Below are positions 7,501 through 15,516 of a stretch of DNA of 19,938 nt, in pieces; the stretch's first letter is position 1, and every line of letters begins with the position of its first letter. The notes beneath the pieces are model-generated. The model was not told where the DNA came from, ran no database searches, and worked only from the letters and a program-made list of their open reading frames with translations. This stretch comes from Candidatus Micrarchaeia archaeon (GTDB taxonomy: Archaea > Micrarchaeota > Micrarchaeia > Burarchaeales > JAVZCV01), in NCBI GenBank assembly GCA_038874215.1, contig JAVZCV010000007.1, forward strand, positions 18,893-38,830, given 5' to 3'. The position numbers and the translations under genes were made by a program.

Positions 7501-9958
7501 TGGTGTAGATTTTGAACAGGCCGCGGTTTTTGCAACGAGGCATGTTAAAGGCTACATGATGCGTGAAGACGTTGACATTTCAAGAGCGGTTGAAACTGTT
7601 ATACAGGAAAGTGTTGACCTATTGATAGCCTGTCGTGGAAAACAGTACTACTCAGCTGTTATTTCGCTCGCAGGTAAACACGCATATGGCAATATAGCTG
7701 CCACTGGCGAGAATTTACTTTTTGCTTTTGAAAAAGCATCCGAGGCGGGCATGCAAACTGCTCAAACCGTAAATCTTGTTAATGCGATTTCAAACGTTTA
7801 TCGTGTAGGAAGCACAGATTTTAAAAGAATTTTTGGCTGGTGCATTGAGGAATGCAAGACGGATATAACACTACGAAATGGCCATGTTTTAAGTGGCACA
7901 TCCCTTATTGAGAACGGTGTGTTGGTCGCTGCCGTGGTATATTCAGCGAGGAACGGAAATGAAGATTCTTTCAAAGAGGTAACTGAGACGGTGCGCAAGC
8001 ACTTGCAAAAGCAATGCCTTACCCCAGATGCATGTAGAGATTTCATGCAGGTTGCGTCAAAGATATACTGGTCCGAAGAGCCGATAAAGAGAGATATACG
8101 GCTAATGCTTCATGCACGTATTTCGGCTCTTTTTCAAGGCCAAAACTGTATGGAAGCACATTTAATGGTGGGCAATTTCGTTTCTAAAACACCCAACCCG
8201 CACAATCTTATTGAACGTTATGCAGCACCTGTGGAAATAAACTGGAGAGGAGATACTCCAACAAGGCCTTTTGCACCAGAAGCACTTGCTGCAGCATACC
8301 TTCTTACACGGGGAAATGTTGATACTCTAGATAGGATTGCGGCAATTTTGGCAGGAAAGAAAACCAATGCTGGGCGCCCCAGTGCAGAACGTGATGTAAT
8401 AAGGAGTATAAATTTAGGTCTTATACATGCGGCAACGACAAACGGGAGCCAGAGAGAAATGATGAAGAATATTTTGACAAATTTTGCGAAAGCAGCAACA
8501 AAGGAAGAAAATGGGCGCTACCAAACGAGGATTCCAAAAGACGAGAGGCGCAGGCGATGCCTTCAATTCTTTAGAATGCTTTCCATGGTTTCGCTAATTG
8601 CGGACAATGAACTCACACGATCTGTTTCAGGTGAGATGGAGACGGCTGCGCTTAGGGCGCAAGGGGATGCATGGGCTGAAGCAATAGATGCCGCGGAGAA
8701 CCTGTGCATCTTCAAAGCATGCGAAAAAATTGGAATAAGCGACCCAAGTAGCTTGGGTTCTAGCATTGGCTTGACGTATGATGAAACAAAGGGGAGATTT
8801 ATCAGTTTCTTACAATCACCTGAATTTAAGATACTTATTAAACTTGGCGCCCGCTACTCTTCAAAATATCCCGAACTCATGCCGCTGCTCAGAGAGTTTG
8901 CGCTAAAGATTGCTGAAGAGTATCTCGTTGCGGCTGGCGGGCGTCCCACATGGGAACGTTTCCGAGAATGGAGGAACAGTGGTATAGGCGGGCAACAGCT
9001 CGCAATCCTTGGATCAGACGAGGCACGTGCAGCTTGGGCAAAGAGCGATGAGCGGCGCTTGCAAGGCAACAATTTGAAGCTTCCAGAGGAGGCGAAGCAT
9101 AGTTCAGTCGTTGGAACCCTGGAGCTCGCCGAAAGATATATTCAGGAACAACTCTCTTCAATCATCAAATTAGATACACATTTTGTTGAGTATGGGAAGA
9201 AATCAGGTGTTCCTCGCTATCGGATGCTTGCAAGCGAAATCGCAGAAGGAATGATGAATGTGAGAGAAATAGTGGGCAAAATAAATCCAACGGGCACAAC
9301 ATCAGATTTCGTAGAAGATTACAAAAAAGCAATTGAAATCTGTGAGAAAGTTGCTTCTGCAATAGCAGAATACAAGCAGGAAACCGCGGATGAGAATGCG
9401 TTAGGGGACCTATCGTACCTCGTACACAACCTTGCCGATGTTATGAGACGCCCCAAGCAGTCATTCGTTAGGGAAGACCTTATAGTGCGCGACACAGACA
9501 TACCATATGAGGTGCTGTCTATGGGCGTAGTGCCTGTTTCCACCTGCCAATCCTACGAAGGAGGCAGTTACAACCATGGATTATTGGCGTTTGCTGTTGA
9601 TGCAGACAAGCGTAATGTTCTGATAACAGACAACGATGGTACGGTGCTTGTGCGCTCAACACTAAAACTCGTGAATACGGATTTTGGCCCTGCATTGATG
9701 TTCGTCAACTTTTATACAAAGATGCCAGATTTGTCTAACGAATTCTGGCAAATTCTGCGGGATTATGCGATAGACAAGGCGCGCAGAATGGGTGTTATAT
9801 TCCTAGACCAAAATGCTAATGTAGCGAAACGATCTATATCTGTGTATTGTTCCCCGAGCAGGTCCGCCTATGAGTACCTTGATGCATTCGGTGGCCTCAT
9901 TAGAGCATCGGGAGGGTATTCTAGGAAAGTGGACGCTGCTGTCATCAAACCTTCGTAG
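4538..9958 (+). CDS. Giant hypothetical protein (1806 aa) with probable helical repeats and a C-terminal alpha/beta domain
   Basis: Uninterrupted 5.4-kb ORF. No signal peptide or transmembrane segment is evident and no family can be named with confidence. Confidence 0.85.
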   Translation: MSSQHCQQKSRNEPNKRTRLYRMMQNVSSTLRYWSLGKSQRKRIESVLKEYGLEPSRENIQVLAELDRRVINERLCHQLYHGDCGIMSNPCKDVRDINTLVEVASATFELVSLIEKHSYTIGINIDNICSTALKIAAGRSAEERTRIKIALERFFNDDSCVQASVLFEIMRPGIGNAREFETALECCAENAGRALKNGGKLPQWIVPEAYQNLELGDFAERQEFVKVCCEAVRFAPFQGHGLYNFFSAATSIAQLKGESIVNAGNMLLSLMRLHNDDITREGIAYMAANAPYLLDKTPEAVGVIAEYIGQRISHKSSMLGSSVLSDDEFRKLNNMAEKYASDPNMLKASLILSQRLKKFYSVMPLDAASYNLGLEHQPVTFQHIAQRGNISPAHLAEMICNAIEKVESKTDYVSYGIGHFESLFTDEKTTEELLSLTCSICQRMGQHGINSMKDILSGPSGEIFFPPKINLRASWLENFAGISLTPSEVLGYLRCVKHALDAAIDARPLVNLLFSTHWGSYLPYRDVNGQVRIALDSCALPFVMSPEDLDWVVQTVEQTSQLVLLNPFDYFFDNAAPLREVHQELSKITSMLYTFTHLHVKDGEVIIARVAPTSEYVRIGECDQISRIADEIGKHRMTIRQREWFEKMRKDIDEHRRRILDIARHTLDSEECKQAISNEIDELLITMNGLCILVKEIRAPALKESFKKYAELLGKLQKTAIACGISEDHLRAAMAEIRYSNIWGDERANLEYLVAATNSVIHMASHLQKLGVEPKDAIGLSLKFIEASIPQALSTNSGSIHMVAKFARITEDFDAFFGMLSSHDWVKQYYHTRYDLIFDLTLKVYKINGNLLDSGKTILSIGDYLIGHGIGIFYIHSMVDICLDRGLGDAAAVIDSLTRVERVASVKGLDVRATLEYTIYFAHCMKSFSVGDIGMAIVDAIDICKQYGRNPATVMSACKRFVEVANAGRSITDLAADVCRAMSYAEKHGVDFEQAAVFATRHVKGYMMREDVDISRAVETVIQESVDLLIACRGKQYYSAVISLAGKHAYGNIAATGENLLFAFEKASEAGMQTAQTVNLVNAISNVYRVGSTDFKRIFGWCIEECKTDITLRNGHVLSGTSLIENGVLVAAVVYSARNGNEDSFKEVTETVRKHLQKQCLTPDACRDFMQVASKIYWSEEPIKRDIRLMLHARISALFQGQNCMEAHLMVGNFVSKTPNPHNLIERYAAPVEINWRGDTPTRPFAPEALAAAYLLTRGNVDTLDRIAAILAGKKTNAGRPSAERDVIRSINLGLIHAATTNGSQREMMKNILTNFAKAATKEENGRYQTRIPKDERRRRCLQFFRMLSMVSLIADNELTRSVSGEMETAALRAQGDAWAEAIDAAENLCIFKACEKIGISDPSSLGSSIGLTYDETKGRFISFLQSPEFKILIKLGARYSSKYPELMPLLREFALKIAEEYLVAAGGRPTWERFREWRNSGIGGQQLAILGSDEARAAWAKSDERRLQGNNLKLPEEAKHSSVVGTLELAERYIQEQLSSIIKLDTHFVEYGKKSGVPRYRMLASEIAEGMMNVREIVGKINPTGTTSDFVEDYKKAIEICEKVASAIAEYKQETADENALGDLSYLVHNLADVMRRPKQSFVREDLIVRDTDIPYEVLSMGVVPVSTCQSYEGGSYNHGLLAFAVDADKRNVLITDNDGTVLVRSTLKLVNTDFGPALMFVNFYTKMPDLSNEFWQILRDYAIDKARRMGVIFLDQNANVAKRSISVYCSPSRSAYEYLDAFGGLIRASGGYSRKVDAAVIKPS

Positions 9959-10034
9959 TTTACAGTTCATTTGTTAACACTCGCCAAGGGAAAGTTTCAA
10001 AAGTTTAAGCGGAAAATAGAGAATAGGTGAGCTT

Positions 10035-11054
10035 ATGGCACTAAAAATATACCACGACGAAGACGCAGATGAAACCCTCCTGAAAGGAAAAACCGTTGCA
10101 GTTATAGGGTACGGAATTCAGGGGAGGGCCCAGGCTCTCTGCCTGAAAGACTCAGGCGTTAAAGTAGTTGCGGGCATCTCCAAAGAATATGCATTTAGGA
10201 AAGGGCCAGAAAACACATGGACGCAGGCGGAGAAAGACGGCGTTCAGCCGATGGAAATAGCGGATGCGGCAAAGGCAGCAGACATAATAATGATGCTTTT
10301 ACCAGACATGGTTCAGAAGAAGGTTTATGAGGATTTCATCAAGCCGAACCTCACTTCTGGGAAAACCCTCTACTTCTCGCACGGTTTCAACATAACCTTC
10401 AAGAGGATAAAGCCCCCGAAAAACATAGATGTGATAATGCTTGCACCAAAGGGACCTGGCGCAAAGGTTCGTGAGACATACCTTGCGGGCTTTGGGGTTC
10501 CTGCCCTTCTTGCAATCCACCAGAATGCAACGGGAAAAGCAAAGGAAACGGCGCTTGCGCTTGCGAAGGCAATGCACTTCACCCGTGCGGGTGTTTTTGA
10601 ATGCACTTTTGACCAAGAAACGATATCTGACCTTTTCGGAGAGCAAACGGTCCTCTGTGGCGGCTGCGTTGAACTGATAAAGGCAGGCTTTGATACGCTC
10701 GTTGAGGACGGTTTTCCTCCCGAAGTAGCCTATTTTGAATGCCTGCACGAGCTTAAGCTTATAACAGACCTCATACAGCAGGGAGGGCTTGAATACATGT
10801 GGGAGCGCGTCTCTGAGACGGCTCGCTACGGGGGAAGAACGCGCGGCAAGAGAGTAATAGACGCACGGGTGCGCAAAACGATGAAGAAGATATTGAAAGA
10901 AATAAAGAGCGGTAAGTTCGCAAAAGAGTGGATAGCAGAATACGAGGCAGGCATGCCCAAGTTCAAGCAGATGAAAGAGGAAGAAAGCAAGCTCCTCATA
11001 GAGCAAGTCGGTGCTGAAATAAGGAAGATGTTCAGGATAGGGGAACAGAAGTAG
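10035..11054 (+). CDS. ilvC: Ketol-acid reductoisomerase (class I, short)
   Basis: VAVIGYGIQGRAQA, LLPD, FSHGFNI, APKGPG, DLFGEQTVLCGG, AYFECLHELKLI and VSETARYG; RBS GGTGA at 10026-10030. Confidence 0.97.
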   Translation: MALKIYHDEDADETLLKGKTVAVIGYGIQGRAQALCLKDSGVKVVAGISKEYAFRKGPENTWTQAEKDGVQPMEIADAAKAADIIMMLLPDMVQKKVYEDFIKPNLTSGKTLYFSHGFNITFKRIKPPKNIDVIMLAPKGPGAKVRETYLAGFGVPALLAIHQNATGKAKETALALAKAMHFTRAGVFECTFDQETISDLFGEQTVLCGGCVELIKAGFDTLVEDGFPPEVAYFECLHELKLITDLIQQGGLEYMWERVSETARYGGRTRGKRVIDARVRKTMKKILKEIKSGKFAKEWIAEYEAGMPKFKQMKEEESKLLIEQVGAEIRKMFRIGEQK

Positions 11055-11138
11055 ATAGACATTAATACTGGTAGGGCAAAAGTGGAAAGTTAGTTCCAGA
11101 ATATTTAAAATTTTTAATTGCATCACATATCTGATTTG

Positions 11139-11894
11139 ATGCGCTTGCTTGTTAAACTTGAGGCTGCAAAAGACTGCTCTTCGGATTTGCTCTATCATCA
11201 CAAATTACAAGGCTTCATTTATTCTCTTCTTAGGAATACGGAACACGAGAAACTTCATGATAAGAAGGGATATAAGTTCTTCTGCTTCTCAAACATCTTC
11301 CCAACAAGAGATATGAAGAAAGGTGAAAAGGCGCATCTGATAGTTTCTTCCCCTAATGATGAATTTGTAAAAACCCTATGGAAGCAAATACTGCAAAGAA
11401 TTAGGACAACAATACACATAGGTGATAATTCCTACAACATTCTTTCTGCTCGTATGCTCCAACCACATCTTCCGCGCTCCTTCTCGTTTATAACTGGCAC
11501 GCCCATAATAATCCGAATACCAAACTACCGCTATGGCAACTACGGGATAAAGGCTGAAAAGCCTTACAAATACGTTTATTGGAAGCCTAAGCATTCATTT
11601 GAGGCATTCATAAAGCAACTTGAAGAAAATTTAATAAAGAAATACAACGAATTTAACAACACCTGTATGGAGCGCATGCCCATCTTTGAGAGATTCATTT
11701 TCAAGAAAACAGTTTGCAACCATATTATAATTAACGGAAAGGAAGTGAAGGTGTTCGGCTCCGTATGGCAGTTCATGTTTGATGGCGCAAGTCGCAATCC
11801 GGAAAAGCGGAAACTTCTAAGGTTCGCTCTTGATACAGGTTTAGGGGAACTCAATAGTCTTGGATTTGGGTTTGTGAATGTGATCCGATGCTAA
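11139..11894 (+). CDS. cas6: CRISPR-associated endoribonuclease Cas6
   Basis: MRLLVKL..., YHHKLQGFIY, KFFCFSNIFP, TPIIIR and the C-terminal G-loop GLGELNSLGFGFV. ATG 11139 is preferred over TTG 11118; TATA-like TTTAAAA at about 11104-11110. Confidence 0.95.
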   Translation: MRLLVKLEAAKDCSSDLLYHHKLQGFIYSLLRNTEHEKLHDKKGYKFFCFSNIFPTRDMKKGEKAHLIVSSPNDEFVKTLWKQILQRIRTTIHIGDNSYNILSARMLQPHLPRSFSFITGTPIIIRIPNYRYGNYGIKAEKPYKYVYWKPKHSFEAFIKQLEENLIKKYNEFNNTCMERMPIFERFIFKKTVCNHIIINGKEVKVFGSVWQFMFDGASRNPEKRKLLRFALDTGLGELNSLGFGFVNVIRC

Positions 11895-13747
11895 GTGAGA
11901 TGTGCTTTTTCATGGATTGTTATGCCAAACATGTGTTACGTGATAAATTCAACGAGAAATGGCCCAAAAATGCCGAATTAAGAAATACGGTGTACTTAGC
12001 GAGTGTGCTGGAGTCCGATAATAGAAATAGGGAGAATGTCAGGTTCTTAACTTACGATGCTAACACCAGAAAATTTGAAATTTTGGACAGAATTGAAACA
12101 ATGAATAAACTAGATCAAGAACAACGCGATGTATTAGGTAGATTTATTGACAATCCGTATATAAGTGGCAAATTTTATGATAGCAACAACAAACGGCTGG
12201 CCAGTACATGCGGCATAGGTTCGTTTTTTCCATTCATTTTTAAGTTGCCTGAAAAAGAAAATAAAATCGAAGAAAAAATAGAAAAGACACGGAGAGCATT
12301 AGAAGATTATGGTGTCGAGGAGTTCATAAAAATATTTGATGACCAAGAATTCCGTAAGGGCTTAGAAAAAGAAATTTTGAGCCTTAAGAAAGAGAAACCT
12401 AACAAAGATGAGAGAGAAGAAAAAACTCAGACATATGTCCTTATTTTATTTAAAAATGATGTTGAGCCGTATTATAAGTTTTTAGAACACGAGAAGTTAT
12501 TAGATATGGCGATATCGGATCCGAAGGAAGGTCGTTGTCAGATTTGCAATGAACACGGTTTAAGAGTAGGGTATCCTGTAGTTGGAAGTAATTATGACTC
12601 AAAAAAACTGTTCTTGACAAGCCCTACAAAAGGAAAAAGCAGGATAGGTGTCTGCCCCCTCTGCGGATTTAAAATCAATGCTTTTTACAAATTACTAAAT
12701 TTTTCAAAAATCATGCCTGTTTTTATTGATCCGATGGTGACTGAGATTGCTGCTAAAAATGTGAGAACCTTTATTAGAGGCGAAGAATCATATGGGAAGT
12801 TCATGACAAGGATTTACTACGAGCTCGGAAGAGACGAAAACCGAATGGCACATTATCTTATTATACTTACAAAACTTACAAAAAATGGGCTATGGGTGGA
12901 TTACGTCTCTTCGCTTAAGTGGGAGCTTGGATGGAAAAAGGTCCATGATAACAAAGAAGGTTTAAAAACGCGACACAACAGGAAAGAAATAGAAGAAATA
13001 TTTGTGAAAGCATTAATGGGGAATTCTGAAGATCAAAATGTTCCTTCTTGGTACTTTGGTGATGTGCGCGATGAAAAAGGCTTGGCGAAGAAAGTTGGGA
13101 GATACTCACTCTACCTAATATATAAGTATCGGGATCACCTCTATAGATTTACATATAAAAACGAACAACCTTTCGCTAAGCAGGATATTATTGAATTCGT
13201 CAATTTTTCTATAGCAGAAAGATATTACGATCTTCTCCAGAACAGAAGGAGCAAAAAAAACCTATTTTTACTATTTGGAGATTCTATTAAAAGCTCGCTC
13301 GAGATATTTTTCAATATGCCGGTATTAATGGGAGGTGAACCTATGAAAGATCTTGTAGATTTAAGAAGAAGCCTTGATAAGATAATCACTGATAAAAGTG
13401 AAGAAATCGGCGATGAAGAATGGGCATACTCTGCTGGTGCATTTTATAGATACTTGGTAGGCTTAACAAAAGCCAAAGAACCACAACTCCAATTAGAACC
13501 AATCATAAATGCGTCTACAGTAAAAGAGGTGATTGACCTACTTGCAATAACATTTGAAAGATACCAGCATGCTATTCGTATTCCATATCTAATGAAATGG
13601 GGTGGGATAAGTGCTTGCAGCTTTGTAAGAGAAGATTTAAACAAGAGTTTTTTGCCTTTAAAACCATATTTTTATGCGGGATTTACTGACCCGTATGCGC
13701 AGAATAAGTTTTATGGTCAAACGAATGGAGGTGTAAAAAATGACTAG
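11888..13747 (+). CDS. cas8b: Type I-B Cascade large subunit Cas8b (divergent)
   Basis: Sits between cas6 and cas7; 619 aa; CQIC...CPLC zinc-finger pairs; C-terminal helical AYSAGAFYRYL...YFYAGF region typical of the Cas8b/Cas11 part. Start codon uncertain. Confidence 0.82.
   Translation: MLSEMCFFMDCYAKHVLRDKFNEKWPKNAELRNTVYLASVLESDNRNRENVRFLTYDANTRKFEILDRIETMNKLDQEQRDVLGRFIDNPYISGKFYDSNNKRLASTCGIGSFFPFIFKLPEKENKIEEKIEKTRRALEDYGVEEFIKIFDDQEFRKGLEKEILSLKKEKPNKDEREEKTQTYVLILFKNDVEPYYKFLEHEKLLDMAISDPKEGRCQICNEHGLRVGYPVVGSNYDSKKLFLTSPTKGKSRIGVCPLCGFKINAFYKLLNFSKIMPVFIDPMVTEIAAKNVRTFIRGEESYGKFMTRIYYELGRDENRMAHYLIILTKLTKNGLWVDYVSSLKWELGWKKVHDNKEGLKTRHNRKEIEEIFVKALMGNSEDQNVPSWYFGDVRDEKGLAKKVGRYSLYLIYKYRDHLYRFTYKNEQPFAKQDIIEFVNFSIAERYYDLLQNRRSKKNLFLLFGDSIKSSLEIFFNMPVLMGGEPMKDLVDLRRSLDKIITDKSEEIGDEEWAYSAGAFYRYLVGLTKAKEPQLQLEPIINASTVKEVIDLLAITFERYQHAIRIPYLMKWGGISACSFVREDLNKSFLPLKPYFYAGFTDPYAQNKFYGQTNGGVKND
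13343..13747 (+). CDS. cas11: Putative Cas11 small subunit translated from an internal in-frame start in cas8b (134 aa)
   Basis: GGAGGTGA (13331-13338) lies 4 nt before the in-frame ATG 13343 (MKDLVDLRRSLDKII...). Confidence 0.7.
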   Translation: MKDLVDLRRSLDKIITDKSEEIGDEEWAYSAGAFYRYLVGLTKAKEPQLQLEPIINASTVKEVIDLLAITFERYQHAIRIPYLMKWGGISACSFVREDLNKSFLPLKPYFYAGFTDPYAQNKFYGQTNGGVKND

Positions 13748-14705
13748 CAAAAGTGGAGAATTGTATAGGAAGTTTGCATCTGGAGTTGTTGTTATTAGAG
13801 CCCAGGATGCTAACTGGAATGCCGATTTTTCGGGATGGCCACGAAAACTTCCTGACGGTAGGTTCTATTCTACAGATAAAGCTTTGAAATATGCCATAAG
13901 AAAGTACTTAAAGGAAGTAAAAAACCAATCAATACTTTTTTGGAGAGTTTATAATGAAAATGGAGATGTTGGAAACCTGCCTGCAATGCTGGAGAAAAAC
14001 GGAATCAAATTTGATGTTGAACAACAAGTACTTGTAAAGAATGTTCTGCAAAAAGGAACGGATGTTAGATTTTTTGGTGGCACGTTTACATTAAAAGACC
14101 ATAATTTCTCAATAACAGGACCTATTCAGATAACCTATGGGGTAGATGTATATGGTAAAGGGACAGCGTACGTAAGCCAGATACAATCACCCAAATCTGA
14201 ATCCAAAAAGAGAACCGAGGAAAGTAAAGTAGGTTATGAGCCCCAAAGCACACTTGGGTCTGAGGTAAGAGTAACGGAAGCGCATTACGCATTTGATTTT
14301 ACAATAAACCCAAATAATCTTGAGAAAGATGATTATATTGAACTTATAAAGGATAAACAGGATAACGCCGTACTGCTTTCAAAAAACGATGTTGAAATGT
14401 TCAAGGACGCATTGAAATTCGCCCCCAATTACATAACGAGCACTACAAAAGCAGGTGTCTTCACAGAATTAGTAATATTTGCAGAATTCGAAATGACGGG
14501 AGACAAAGTTCCATTAGTTCCAATACTAAGAGATGGAATAAAAATAGGCAAAACTGACAATAGTCTAAAACGAAAAATAGACATTTCTCAAACACTCAGG
14601 ATACTAAAAAAACTCGGAGCGCAAACCATTGAGTTATTTTATAATAAAGATTTATGTGATGTAGAATATGAATCTGATAAAAGCATTAATGTCCTAGAGA
14701 TATAA
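13740..14705 (+). CDS. cas7: Type I-B Cascade backbone Cas7 (Csh2-like)
   Basis: ANWNADFSGWPR, TDKALKYAIRKYL, DVRFFGGTF and SITGPIQITYG; RBS GGAGGTG upstream. Confidence 0.93.
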   Translation: MTSKSGELYRKFASGVVVIRAQDANWNADFSGWPRKLPDGRFYSTDKALKYAIRKYLKEVKNQSILFWRVYNENGDVGNLPAMLEKNGIKFDVEQQVLVKNVLQKGTDVRFFGGTFTLKDHNFSITGPIQITYGVDVYGKGTAYVSQIQSPKSESKKRTEESKVGYEPQSTLGSEVRVTEAHYAFDFTINPNNLEKDDYIELIKDKQDNAVLLSKNDVEMFKDALKFAPNYITSTTKAGVFTELVIFAEFEMTGDKVPLVPILRDGIKIGKTDNSLKRKIDISQTLRILKKLGAQTIELFYNKDLCDVEYESDKSINVLEI

Positions 14706-14727
14706 ACAACAAAGCAATAGGGAGAAC

Positions 14728-15516
14728 ATGAACAATAAAGAAAGCAAAGAAATATTCTCTTTTGTTATTTCATCAGATTTCGCGTCTTTCAGAAAATTTG
14801 ACACTGCGGACACCCTCTATCTTACATATTATTTTATACCAAGGCCTGTTGTTCTTGGAATTATCGGGGCTATTATGGGGTTAAAGAAATCAACTTCTGC
14901 CACATTACCTTGGTGGGAGAAACTGAAGACAGTAAAGATTGCGGTTGAGCCATTAGAAATTTCATCCTTAAAGCACCTCGTCATTTATAACAATAGCACA
15001 GGAGCGGCGTCCTATAGTGAGGAAAAAGGCTTGCGCTCAGGACAGAATTTAGTTGTGAGAGAGCAAATTTTGATCAATCCGAGATATAGAATTTATGTTG
15101 AGCTCAATGATATAACTAAAGACGCATTTGACTTACTTACTAAAAATAAAACTGTTTTTACACCGTATATGGGAAAAAATGAATTTATGGCAAAAATAAC
15201 TGAAATTGAGAAACATAAAATAGAGAGGTTTGAAGGGATATGTAGAGTCAGCTCTATATATCCTTCGTATCTGGCAGGATTAAGCAATCGTCACACTAAT
15301 TACTGGATAGAGGGTTTGGATTTGGTAGAAATATTGGAAAGCTATCCGTATGACTATGATGATCAATATAAATACATCCAGGATGTCTTCATCTTTTCCA
15401 ATAGAGAAATAGATACAAGGACGCTGGGCAATACGTGTGGTTGTTTTGTTAAACTCAAAAATGGAAAAGTTATTTATCTAATTGGTGGGAGGGGAAATGA
15501 AACTTCTTTGGGATGA
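14728..15516 (+). CDS. cas5: Type I-B Cas5
   Basis: FASFRK...LTYYFIPRPVVLGIIGAIMGL, EQILINPRYRIYV and PYMGKNEF. Confidence 0.92.
   Translation: MNNKESKEIFSFVISSDFASFRKFDTADTLYLTYYFIPRPVVLGIIGAIMGLKKSTSATLPWWEKLKTVKIAVEPLEISSLKHLVIYNNSTGAASYSEEKGLRSGQNLVVREQILINPRYRIYVELNDITKDAFDLLTKNKTVFTPYMGKNEFMAKITEIEKHKIERFEGICRVSSIYPSYLAGLSNRHTNYWIEGLDLVEILESYPYDYDDQYKYIQDVFIFSNREIDTRTLGNTCGCFVKLKNGKVIYLIGGRGNETSLG

Noticed and set aside
3339-10034. Mobile element or provirus call for the block between DUF296 and ilvC
   Set aside because: No integrase, transposase, att-like direct repeats or virion genes were seen.
11072-11083. TAGGGCAAAAGT upstream of cas6 resembles the repeat core TAGGGCTATAGT (10/12)
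   Set aside because: Too short, lacks the ATTGAAA end, and no partner repeat or spacer is visible, so a mini-array cannot be supported.
10299-11201. 300-aa minus-strand ORF
   Set aside because: Antisense shadow of the well-conserved ilvC, with no recognisable motifs.
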